From an uncultured Phocaeicola sp. (GTDB lineage: Bacteria > Bacteroidota > Bacteroidia > Bacteroidales > Bacteroidaceae), in the NCBI GenBank assembly GCA_944320855.1, contig CALUJF010000006.1, positions 17,399 through 81,398 on the forward strand: a DNA stretch of 64,000 nucleotides. Direction: 5' to 3'. Positions 45,301-52,814 of this stretch are shown here, piece by piece. The notes beneath the pieces were generated by a model, which saw only the letters and a list, made by a program, of their open reading frames with translations, had not been told where the DNA came from and ran no database searches. The position numbers and the translations under genes are program-made. Positions within the stretch are counted from its first letter, which is position 1; each line of letters starts with the position of its first letter.

Positions 45301-46618
45301 CTATCATGTTTCTCAGCTTGATACTCTCGCGGAAGAGTTTGTCCGTGAAATGCTCTATTATAAGTCCGTCCGTATATTTGGAGTAGAGCAGGAAGGTCTG
45401 CATATCCTCTGTGGCCTTTCCGAAGTTGTACATCAGAACGCCCTGATACAGCATCATCTGTATGAAATGGTCTTCCTTATGCCTCTTGTTGTACTCGTCC
45501 TTTTTGCCGGCCTTCTGTTCTATAAGGACCTTGAAGTCCTTTTGCAGCAAGTCCACACGTCCCTGCAATCCAAGTTTCTCGCAGATGAACGATGCTTCCA
45601 GCATGACCTTGTTTCTGTCGAACGAATGTATGCTGTGCGGCAGTTTGTCGTTTACGAAAGAGCGTATATTCATCATCTGTGTCTGCGCCATGGCATGAAA
45701 ATTCTCCGGTGGGGTACATGTGCAGAAATCAAGTGCCGAAGCCGAGAAGAATTTCTTCAGACTGCCGGCGTATGTCACAGGCTCCGTATTCTTCTCGTTG
45801 ATATAGTCATCGAGAAACTGTCCGGCCAGGTTACCCATAAGCGTGTGAGGATTGCTTACCTTAGGCTTTATGCGGCTCATGAAATAGTTCAGCGGATGAT
45901 GTCCGTACTCCCTGAAGCACGAAGCCAGCGAACTGATGTCGAGAAGGAAATCCGGGTGGAGTATTATCAGCTCCGGTATATAGTGGTTCTCCTCGTCCAC
46001 CTTCACTCCGAGCAGGTTTATCTGCATGTTCTCCTCCAGCAGGTCGTTCAGATACAGCATATCGCCGTTGAATCCCCCTTTGGCATAGTTTATTACTATC
46101 ATCGGGTCCTCGTCGCTGTCCGTCGATGCGAAAATCAGATTCTCGTTCCAGCTGTTCACCGATGCTCTGACGTAAGGGATATGCGACAGGCGTGTCCCGC
46201 TGTACGGGCGGTTGGAATGCGGAATCTGCGGAAGTATGTATGCCGGAATGTCCTCTTCAAAGCCTAACGATATGAATCTCACTATAGCCCTGAGGTCGTA
46301 GAGATACTCATTCATGTCCGGCTGGAAGTTGTCACCCATGGCCGAGTTGCAGTTACGCCTCATGGTCTGTATGGCATATCTGTCCGATGGAGTCATCTTC
46401 TTTTCCTTGCAGATGAAGTCCAGTCTGGAGAACATATTGGCAAATGAGGCCGTCACTCCCGTAGTCAGTTCGTATGATGCCTGTTGCAGAACCTTATATA
46501 GCAAAATGTACTTAGCCCGCAGGTTGTCTTGCGACGCTGCGGGCTGAGTATGTATTTTTTCTATTCTTTGGAAAAAATCAAAAGACTGTATGTCGATGTG
46601 TTCCGGTCTGTCTGTCAT
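42341..46618 (-). CDS. 1425-aa multidomain protein: unassigned N-terminal region, PD-(D/E)XK (RecB/Cas4-like) nuclease, SF1B Upf1/Dna2-like helicase, unassigned C-terminal ~295 aa
   Basis: Nuclease motifs are GRVD356LL, IE367QK369 and Q387MMLY391. Helicase motifs are GPPGTGKT (705-712), IIDEASQ (823-829), LIGDYKQLPA, RKQGRMHP, VERYQGSQRD and NVAITRARK. Residue numbers were counted from the ORF translation. Confidence 0.85.
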   Translation of the reverse strand: MTDRPEHIDIQSFDFFQRIEKIHTQPAASQDNLRAKYILLYKVLQQASYELTTGVTASFANMFSRLDFICKEKKMTPSDRYAIQTMRRNCNSAMGDNFQPDMNEYLYDLRAIVRFISLGFEEDIPAYILPQIPHSNRPYSGTRLSHIPYVRASVNSWNENLIFASTDSDEDPMIVINYAKGGFNGDMLYLNDLLEENMQINLLGVKVDEENHYIPELIILHPDFLLDISSLASCFREYGHHPLNYFMSRIKPKVSNPHTLMGNLAGQFLDDYINEKNTEPVTYAGSLKKFFSASALDFCTCTPPENFHAMAQTQMMNIRSFVNDKLPHSIHSFDRNKVMLEASFICEKLGLQGRVDLLQKDFKVLIEQKAGKKDEYNKRHKEDHFIQMMLYQGVLMYNFGKATEDMQTFLLYSKYTDGLIIEHFTDKLFRESIKLRNMIVCNEMAFSEGAISKVTEEIDTDLLNELQVHNKLWTDYQEPELYKTIQTLKHCSPLEKAYFQRFFTFICKESVLSRTGGNDDSSRGFASVWNTPLAEKIENGNILTGLKIKDKRKSSPNKGYDLIELSIPVQGEDFLPNFRKGDIVIFYPYTDKPDVRNEILMKGNITEITHDSVTIILRNGQQNKDIIGGDDETFAIEHDSSDVSASAGIRGLFSFLSARTDRKELLLGSREPSFNDGIKLNGSYGRFDEIILKEKQAEDYFLLVGPPGTGKTSCALRFMVEEALSEKNTSLLLLSYTNRAVDEICSMLVDSGIASETPFIRIGHEMSCDRRFEPFLLKKQLEDCPKLADIKKKISDTRIFVGTTTSINNRLNLFDIKHFDMAIIDEASQILEPDLIGILSARSGNNNAIDKFVLIGDYKQLPAIALQNAECAKVTDPLLNVIGLYDCRNSLFERLYRQSDERAKSVLRKQGRMHPAIAEFPNTTFYSRECLECVPLPHQKEELPYADIPENPDMIEKLLTSRRMVFITAPTPENISASSDKANINEARIIAALLKRIYGLTENCFDADKTVGIIVPYRNQIAMIRKEISSLGIPELMNISIDTVERYQGSQRDIIIYSFTVRNSSQLNFLTSNTFREEDAIIDRKLNVAITRARKQMILTGNPLVLNASITFYKLMEYIRMNNGFIETDTEDFCKGNFRIPSYDTNWETDEKSYSIKPEFEQAFRDIIEKQYSESTSMSGMDIARAKEVISYGRTDFNSLHGLKADDYTLLFNFHEMRKQYSAAMAMYEDCGNWLREAIRNVSGRVVFCDISYESAASGLAFIDLCRQLNHTDIYYLGIYPTEEMGQASERFLTSESYRHVKWSLYPRITAVSDGFWKSHSILPELVIFNMSNIMGSISPLEARHLAMHINQLVHARPTNHYITIYRDDAGNMANRNAYMAFCSHLGKEFINLNEQMPMISRYYLGKNGNIPEYKEFIYEIKSNR

Positions 46619-47433
46619 TAGTTTGCATTTTCTGTTTCAGAAGGTATTTCCAATATGTATTCCATAGTAGCTTCTTCCAACTTGCTGTATTGACCTTTAT
46701 AAATATCAGTTACGTCCTGAGACAATATATATTTATTTTCATCGCTTTGTTCATATAAATTCAAAACTATTTTCTGGAAGTTGTTATTGCTTGGCAGCAT
46801 TATGGTGAATTCTGTAATAGGCAATTTCAAATCGTCATCGAACGAACTGTTTTGATTGAAAATTCCGGAAATATAATCTTCATCTTCTGATGTCCAAATA
46901 GAAACATTACCATTGTTGAAATCTTTAGAGATGTATGTGAATTCAAAACGGCCCCCAATCTTGGCTATTGAGTTCTCCATCATTTTACTGTTGATTTCAT
47001 TTATTTGATTTTGAGTAAGTTCGCCTCCGATAATATTTGTCTTTATTTCTTTAACAATATAACATCTGTTTTTATTCTGTACAGCTACTATTATTCGGCT
47101 TAAATTGTCTTCACTGTCACTAATCTGCAGATAACTGCTTCCTTCTTTAACAGGACTTATTGTTAGAATTTCTCCATTATAATTGTATGTAATGACATTT
47201 TTATTATCATTTTCTATTATATCAATGATATATTTACCGTTCCCACCTTTTATATTATATTGCTCACCATCGGTAAATTTAGTAAGTTTTATAGTATCGT
47301 TGTTTGACACTACAGTCTTTCCGTCTATGCTTGTCAGTGTGATAGGAGAGTAACTGTCGCCGCATGAAGAAAGCGAGCTGATAAAAAATATACTTGTCAG
47401 AACAGTCAATGCTGAAAATAGATTTCTTTTCAT
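46618..47433 (-). CDS. lipoprotein of unknown function (Ig-like N-terminal segment), translationally coupled to the nuclease-helicase
   Basis: 271 aa with lipobox SSLSSC/GDS. The segment NIKGGNGKYIIDII..ILTISPVKEGSSYLQISD looks like a bacterial Ig-like fold. Its TAA overlaps the downstream ATG by 1 nt (minus strand cTAATGac at 46615-46622). The gene is visibly more AT-rich than its neighbours. Confidence 0.6.
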   Translation of the reverse strand: MKRNLFSALTVLTSIFFISSLSSCGDSYSPITLTSIDGKTVVSNNDTIKLTKFTDGEQYNIKGGNGKYIIDIIENDNKNVITYNYNGEILTISPVKEGSSYLQISDSEDNLSRIIVAVQNKNRCYIVKEIKTNIIGGELTQNQINEINSKMMENSIAKIGGRFEFTYISKDFNNGNVSIWTSEDEDYISGIFNQNSSFDDDLKLPITEFTIMLPSNNNFQKIVLNLYEQSDENKYILSQDVTDIYKGQYSKLEEATMEYILEIPSETENAN

Positions 47434-47505
47434 TTTTACTTGGTTTTATTGTTAATACATCGCAAAGTTATAAGATTATGTGAGAAATCAAAAATTACTC
47501 ACAAA

Positions 47506-48780
47506 TTATTTCTTGCCGAATTCATTGTCAATCTTCAGCAATGATGTAACCCAGAACGTGGCAGCCGTGCATATCATTATCCAGATGAAGAACATGCGGT
47601 ACCCCATTGTTTCCTGCAGCCAGCCGGCTATCATTCCCGGCAGCATCATTCCCAACGCCATAAACGCCGTACATATTGCATAGTGTGCAGTCTTGCTTTC
47701 CCCTTGCGAGAAATAAATCATGTAAAGCATATATGCAGTAAAACCAAAACCATAGCCGAATTGTTCGATGAAGATGCACAAATTTATAACCGGCAGACTG
47801 CTGTGCTGGAAGAAACTGAGATACACATAAACGATGTCGGGCAGTGATATAGCCCATACCATAGGCCAGAGCCATTTCTTCAGGCCGTGGCGCGAGACGG
47901 CTATTCCTCCCAATATACCGCCGAGCGTAAGACCTATCACACCCACTGTCCCCTGTGTGAAACCTATCTGCTCTGTGGTCATTCCCATACCGCCCTTTTC
48001 TATAGGGTCGAGAAGGAAGGGGATACCCATCTTGGCCAGTTGCGCTTCAGGCAGACGGTAGAGCAGCATGAACAGTATAGCTACAGCAGCCTGTTCCTTC
48101 CTGAAAAAAGAACGGAATGTATCTATGAATGACGACAGAATACCTTTTGAACCATTGCTGTTCACCTTTATATCCGACGACGGACGCGGAAGAATCCATC
48201 TGTGATACAGCCACAGTCCGATGAACAGTCCTGCGAGAATGTAGAAAGTGATGCTCCAAGCGCGGCTGATGCTCCCTCCGCTGCTTTCCAGATATCCGGC
48301 CAGCATAATCAGTCCACCTTGCCCTGTGATAGTGGCAAGACGGTAGAAAGTACTTCTGATACCTACAAACAGAGCCTGTTCGTGTTGCGTAAGCCCTATC
48401 ATATAGAACCCGTCGGCCGCTATGTCGTGAGTGGCAGAGCTGAAAGCCATCAGCCAGAAAATGGCGAGAGTAGTCTGCAGGAACGAATCCGTAGGAATGG
48501 TGAAAGCTATCCCGGCCAGTCCGGCACCTATCAGCAACTGCATGGCAGTTATCCAGTAGCGCTTGGTCTTTATGATGTCTACAAACGGACTCCAAAGCGG
48601 CTTTATAACCCATGGCAGGTTAAGCCAACTGGTATAAAGAGCCACTTCAGTGTTAGAAATCCCCATTCGCTTGTACATCACGAGCGATATTATCATAACG
48701 GCCACGTAGGGCAGCCCTTCGGCAAAATACAGCGAAGGTACCCATGCCCATGGCGAACGTGTTTTCATTGTTTTGTGCAT
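47506..48780 (-). CDS. ampG: MFS transporter, AmpG-type muropeptide permease
   Basis: 424 aa. The N-terminal SLYFAEGLPYV..WLNLPWVIKPLWSPFVD matches the AmpG signature (LPW.lK.LWsP.vD), followed by about 12 hydrophobic segments. Confidence 0.75.
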   Translation of the reverse strand: MHKTMKTRSPWAWVPSLYFAEGLPYVAVMIISLVMYKRMGISNTEVALYTSWLNLPWVIKPLWSPFVDIIKTKRYWITAMQLLIGAGLAGIAFTIPTDSFLQTTLAIFWLMAFSSATHDIAADGFYMIGLTQHEQALFVGIRSTFYRLATITGQGGLIMLAGYLESSGGSISRAWSITFYILAGLFIGLWLYHRWILPRPSSDIKVNSNGSKGILSSFIDTFRSFFRKEQAAVAILFMLLYRLPEAQLAKMGIPFLLDPIEKGGMGMTTEQIGFTQGTVGVIGLTLGGILGGIAVSRHGLKKWLWPMVWAISLPDIVYVYLSFFQHSSLPVINLCIFIEQFGYGFGFTAYMLYMIYFSQGESKTAHYAICTAFMALGMMLPGMIAGWLQETMGYRMFFIWIMICTAATFWVTSLLKIDNEFGKK

Positions 48781-48884
48781 ATATTTAAGTATACAAGTTA
48801 ACGAGTTGACAAGTCGACAAGGTTTTTGTTAAATAGTAGACAGGTTTTCCTGTTACCTTGTAACTGTGGCCTTGTTACCTTTTA

Positions 48885-50198
48885 TTAATAAACTCTCCTT
48901 ATTTCAGCCCCCTTATAATAGTGTAAAAGAATTTTATCGTAGGAATATCCCTTTTCCCCCATCATGGCGGCACCTATCTGGCATAAACCCACTCCGTGTC
49001 CCCATCCGGCACCGGTGATGACAAATCCATCAGGCATACAGTCCTGACTATCGGTCTTATCCACCACAAAAGCAGAGCTGAACAGATGGCTTTCCGACAA
49101 TGCACGTCTTATTTCCAGTTCCTTACCTATTGCCATAGTACGCAGCGTTCCAACAATTTTCAGTCTGGAGATTCTTCCCGACTTACCCCTCTGCATAGGA
49201 ATCAGGTCCTTTATCCCACCGAAATCAATTCCCGTTTTTCGGTGAATCAGTTCCGATATCTCCTTTTGCGAGTATCTCACTTTCCAGCGGTAGAAATCAG
49301 TCGTTTCGCGGTCATAATTGTTAAGTATCTGTTTCAGAACCTTTTCGTCATGCGTATTGCAGAAGGCATCAGGATTGCTCCGTATCCATTTGTCGGCATT
49401 CTCCTCTATGCTCAGGTCCGGTATAGAGTCGCAGTCCGCATTGTCCGCTACAGGTTGCAGATACGGAAAATCCTTGTCCTCCCAGCAAGTGTCGAATGTT
49501 TCCGATACCCCTCCGCAGCATTTTGAGAATCTTGCATCGCAGATGTCATTGCCGTACATAAGTACCATACCCTCAGTTTCTTTCACCGCCTTTGCCACCG
49601 ACGGATTGGATGCCTTTGTTATCCCCTGATACCTCTGACAGTGGTCGTCGGCACATACATCGAAAAGCGTATGGTCCTCGCGGTCGTACCATCTGATTAA
49701 GCTGTTTTCATCTTCTGTACAGTCCTGTTGTAAAGATTTATGTACATTCTTCCCTCTGTTCTCAATCTGAGCCAAAAGCCAGCTTCGCGATATCACCGCA
49801 TGCGATTTCAGAAATTCCAATGACGAAGTGGCGCACATCTCGGACGAAATCACACTCACTAAATAATCCTCCACCGGCAGAATGTTTACAGCTATCACGT
49901 TCCCGCCGTCAGTAATCAGTTTCAGTTTTCCGGTGAAGGTCTGCTCCTCCTGCCTTTCCCAGTGGTAGGAGATACCTATGGTGACATTGTGCAGCGTAAA
50001 TGAACAGTCGCTGTTCTCAGGCACTAATTCTACTGTTTCCGCTTCATCCTTGCCGAACAGAAACCTGCCGTTTCCGGTGGCAGAAACACTTTGCAGTCCG
50101 GTAAGCACCGTCCCGTCAGGAGTCAGAAATCTGCCGTTCAGTGTGAATGATATCTCTTTTCCGGTTATTATACCTACGTTTATATATGGTTTTTCCAT
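48885..50198 (-). CDS. SpoIID/LytB-domain protein (peptidoglycan-acting, amidase-enhancer/lytic transglycosylase-type)
   Basis: The C-terminal [35 protein letters not shown] is the SpoIID/LytB hallmark. Confidence 0.85.
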   Translation of the reverse strand: MEKPYINVGIITGKEISFTLNGRFLTPDGTVLTGLQSVSATGNGRFLFGKDEAETVELVPENSDCSFTLHNVTIGISYHWERQEEQTFTGKLKLITDGGNVIAVNILPVEDYLVSVISSEMCATSSLEFLKSHAVISRSWLLAQIENRGKNVHKSLQQDCTEDENSLIRWYDREDHTLFDVCADDHCQRYQGITKASNPSVAKAVKETEGMVLMYGNDICDARFSKCCGGVSETFDTCWEDKDFPYLQPVADNADCDSIPDLSIEENADKWIRSNPDAFCNTHDEKVLKQILNNYDRETTDFYRWKVRYSQKEISELIHRKTGIDFGGIKDLIPMQRGKSGRISRLKIVGTLRTMAIGKELEIRRALSESHLFSSAFVVDKTDSQDCMPDGFVITGAGWGHGVGLCQIGAAMMGEKGYSYDKILLHYYKGAEIRRVY

Positions 50199-52540
50199 GA
50201 TGAAACTTCTTTGTAAATCCTTGTTATGTCAGCCTCATTGATTTTTCTGAAATCCTCTTCGCGCGGAGTCACTATAAGTCCGGCCATGTCCAAAGCACCC
50301 GGACTGACAAGTATCTGTTCCTCTCCCTCGGCAAAATAGCACGACGGTCTGTGTGCCTCCCTCGGGAAATAGGCACAAATGAATCTGCCTTCGTCATCCC
50401 TCCACGCAAACATATTGTACCGCGGTTCCGGTTCACTTTCGTGGACAGGCTGAGAGTCTAAATATCTGAATAGCAACGCTGTATCAATATCCCCCGAAAG
50501 CGATGTGAAGACCTTTATCGGACAGGCGAATCCGTTTACGGAATAAGCCTTACATACATCGCCGCTCTGCATTCCGGCAGTATCATCCTCTATGGCTGAT
50601 TTGAAAATCTCATTCCATTGTGCGATAAAAGGAATATCCTTCTTCCTTGCAGCCTGGAAATGAAAATGGTCAGGAGCGGAAGCACCGCATTTCGCACCAT
50701 TGTAGAAGATGGCATATCCCTGTCCGAAATAATCCTCTACCTTTTGCAGAATCTTCATCGGCAACTGCATTTCAGCCTTGTCGGCAAGTGTCTGCGGAAT
50801 ATGTTCTTCCGAAGAGATGGTGAGATGTCCTGGCAGGATAGGGTACGGGTTTATCCTGATGCTGAACCTCATACCGGCATCAATGCTGATGGAATCCTGT
50901 TCCTCCGGTTTGTTATTCGTGCATAGGAAGCACGGACGCGCATCGATGGACGATTTGTCCAGTTTGGCCATAGTAGACACTGCCCTTGCCGGATTGAACT
51001 GTACCTTTATTGTATTGCCGCCTATATTTACACATTTCGTTTTTATATCCTTCAATGCTTCATGATTCTTGCGGCAGAGTTCCCATTTCTCAAACTGTGT
51101 GGCAGTAAATTCGTCGGCCTCCCTTTCCGCCAATCCGCGTCGCATGTTTATTTCGAGAGTCCTCAGACTGTCCTTATACGCATTGTTCAGGTTTATTTTC
51201 TCTATGCTCAGTGCTGCATCCGAGTTCCCTTCCCATCGGCGGCACAGATATACCACATCATAAATCCTTCCAATCTTATAGTTTCTCGAGAAAGCCAGTC
51301 CGAGAGCATAATCCTCGCCATAACTTGTGTTCGGCACTCTGATTTCACGCAGCAGCGGAGTGTAGAAAGCACGCGGAGCACCCAATCCGTTTATGCGCAA
51401 GGCATTGTTATGTCCGTTCCCGTCAGTCCATTCCTTGTGGTCAATCACCCCCGGAGGCAATGTCTCCAGACTGAAGTTAGTCATTCTGTATGAGCCTATC
51501 ACCATGGCGCACTTCTCTGTACGGAACTTGTCTACAATGGTTTGCAGAGTTTTAGGACTGCTGTAGAGGTCGTCGCTGTCCAACTGAACTGCATAGCGTC
51601 CGCACGCCGGATGGTCGATACCCATGTTCCAGCACCCTCCAATACCGAGGTCCGTACGTTCCGGAACTATATGTACCACCTTCTCGTTGTCTTTGTATCT
51701 GTCAATACATTCTGTCGTTCCGTCTGTAGAATGATTGTCTATAATTATGACGTTGAATTTGAAATCCGTTTCCTGTTCCAACACCGATTTAATGGCATCG
51801 TCTATGGTCCTCACCCTGTTTCTCACAGGAATAATCACGGAAGCCTCGCATCCGAAATCCCCCTTTTCAGTATCTATAAGCCTTGTTCTTTGCGGCAGAT
51901 ACGCACCTATTTTTCTCAGATGAAAGGTAAACGCCTCTTCGCGCTCTATCTGCACATTGCGGTTGCGCGGGTCTACATAGTCGAACTGTTTCTCTCCCGA
52001 TTTCCGCAAATCATCCTCCACCTCGGTGTAGAGAAACTCCCTTATATGTACAATCCTCGCAATCCTTGAAACAGCGAGCCTTAAAGCGTAAAGTCCTGAG
52101 TAATAATATTCTTTCTGTGCCTTAAGACTCTCCGCAGCCCTACGGAGAACATCCGTTCTGAACATTATCAGTGAGCCGAAATCGAAATCGTCGCGCACAC
52201 TGCCTTCCTGATAGTCGATGACCGGATGAGGCGCACACACTCCCTCTTTCATAATGTAATGGTCGGCATACGCCATGCCGGCACATTCAGGAGTGAGATA
52301 GTCCGCCATACGCTCAATGGCTTTATATCCGAGATTCAGAGGATAAGGTTTGGTATACAGCAGAACAAAATCCGTATCTGCCAGACTGCATATCCTTCTT
52401 ATCCCTTCCGAAGTATTTATTTCGTTGATTCCTACATTATATATATGTTTCACCGGTCCGCATCCTTCCGATATTCCCTTTACGGATGAATTGACCGCTT
52501 CATTATCCGAAACAGCGAAAAAAGTTATATCTTTGTCCAT
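50180..52540 (-). CDS. fusion protein: unassigned N-terminal ~220 aa, family-2 glycosyltransferase domain, C-terminal DUF4922/HIT-like (HxHxQ) domain
   Basis: The GT2 core is [42 protein letters not shown]. The C-terminal [12 protein letters not shown] is an HxHxQ motif of the GalT-type HIT branch. It overlaps the SpoIID gene by 19 nt. Confidence 0.8.
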   Translation of the reverse strand: MDKDITFFAVSDNEAVNSSVKGISEGCGPVKHIYNVGINEINTSEGIRRICSLADTDFVLLYTKPYPLNLGYKAIERMADYLTPECAGMAYADHYIMKEGVCAPHPVIDYQEGSVRDDFDFGSLIMFRTDVLRRAAESLKAQKEYYYSGLYALRLAVSRIARIVHIREFLYTEVEDDLRKSGEKQFDYVDPRNRNVQIEREEAFTFHLRKIGAYLPQRTRLIDTEKGDFGCEASVIIPVRNRVRTIDDAIKSVLEQETDFKFNVIIIDNHSTDGTTECIDRYKDNEKVVHIVPERTDLGIGGCWNMGIDHPACGRYAVQLDSDDLYSSPKTLQTIVDKFRTEKCAMVIGSYRMTNFSLETLPPGVIDHKEWTDGNGHNNALRINGLGAPRAFYTPLLREIRVPNTSYGEDYALGLAFSRNYKIGRIYDVVYLCRRWEGNSDAALSIEKINLNNAYKDSLRTLEINMRRGLAEREADEFTATQFEKWELCRKNHEALKDIKTKCVNIGGNTIKVQFNPARAVSTMAKLDKSSIDARPCFLCTNNKPEEQDSISIDAGMRFSIRINPYPILPGHLTISSEEHIPQTLADKAEMQLPMKILQKVEDYFGQGYAIFYNGAKCGASAPDHFHFQAARKKDIPFIAQWNEIFKSAIEDDTAGMQSGDVCKAYSVNGFACPIKVFTSLSGDIDTALLFRYLDSQPVHESEPEPRYNMFAWRDDEGRFICAYFPREAHRPSCYFAEGEEQILVSPGALDMAGLIVTPREEDFRKINEADITRIYKEVSSWKNHI

Positions 52541-52636
52541 AGTTCATACCAATTTCTGGATTGCTACTGCAAATATATAAAAGTACGTTGGCATTTGTTA
52601 TAAAATGTGTCAATTTTTTCTGCCGGAAATGCCGTA

Positions 52637-52702
52637 TAAAAACGACAAAGCGTTTTAAGTCAAACGACGAAACGTTTTATGTCAAACGACTAAGCGTTTT
52701 TT
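52637..52702. repeat. tandem direct repeat, 3 units of 22 bp, each with dyad AAACG-N6-CGTTT
   Basis: Units are taaaaacgacaaagcgttttaa (52637-52658), gtcaaacgacgaaacgttttat (52659-52680) and gtcaaacgactaagcgtttttt (52681-52702). They lie in the divergent region between the GT2 fusion gene and the heparinase-like gene. Confidence 0.9.
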
Positions 52703-52814
52703 TTCGAGATTTGAAATCGTACTACAATAGATAATTGTGATAATTTTTGTAAAAACATTGAGTATATTATCTATGTCTTTCGTATAAGCTGAAAAATACA
52801 AACTTATAGATATC

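Noticed and set aside
45149-46267. 372-aa ORF on the plus strand, antisense to the nuclease-helicase gene. Similar long antisense ORFs are 20150..21124, 8749..9435, 22379..23047, 23057..23608, 28945..29688 and 35664..36362.
   Set aside because: Each lies entirely inside a longer opposite-strand ORF that carries clear family motifs. Their translations are low-complexity (rich in R/H/L/V or S/C) with no recognisable motifs, so they are typical shadow ORFs.
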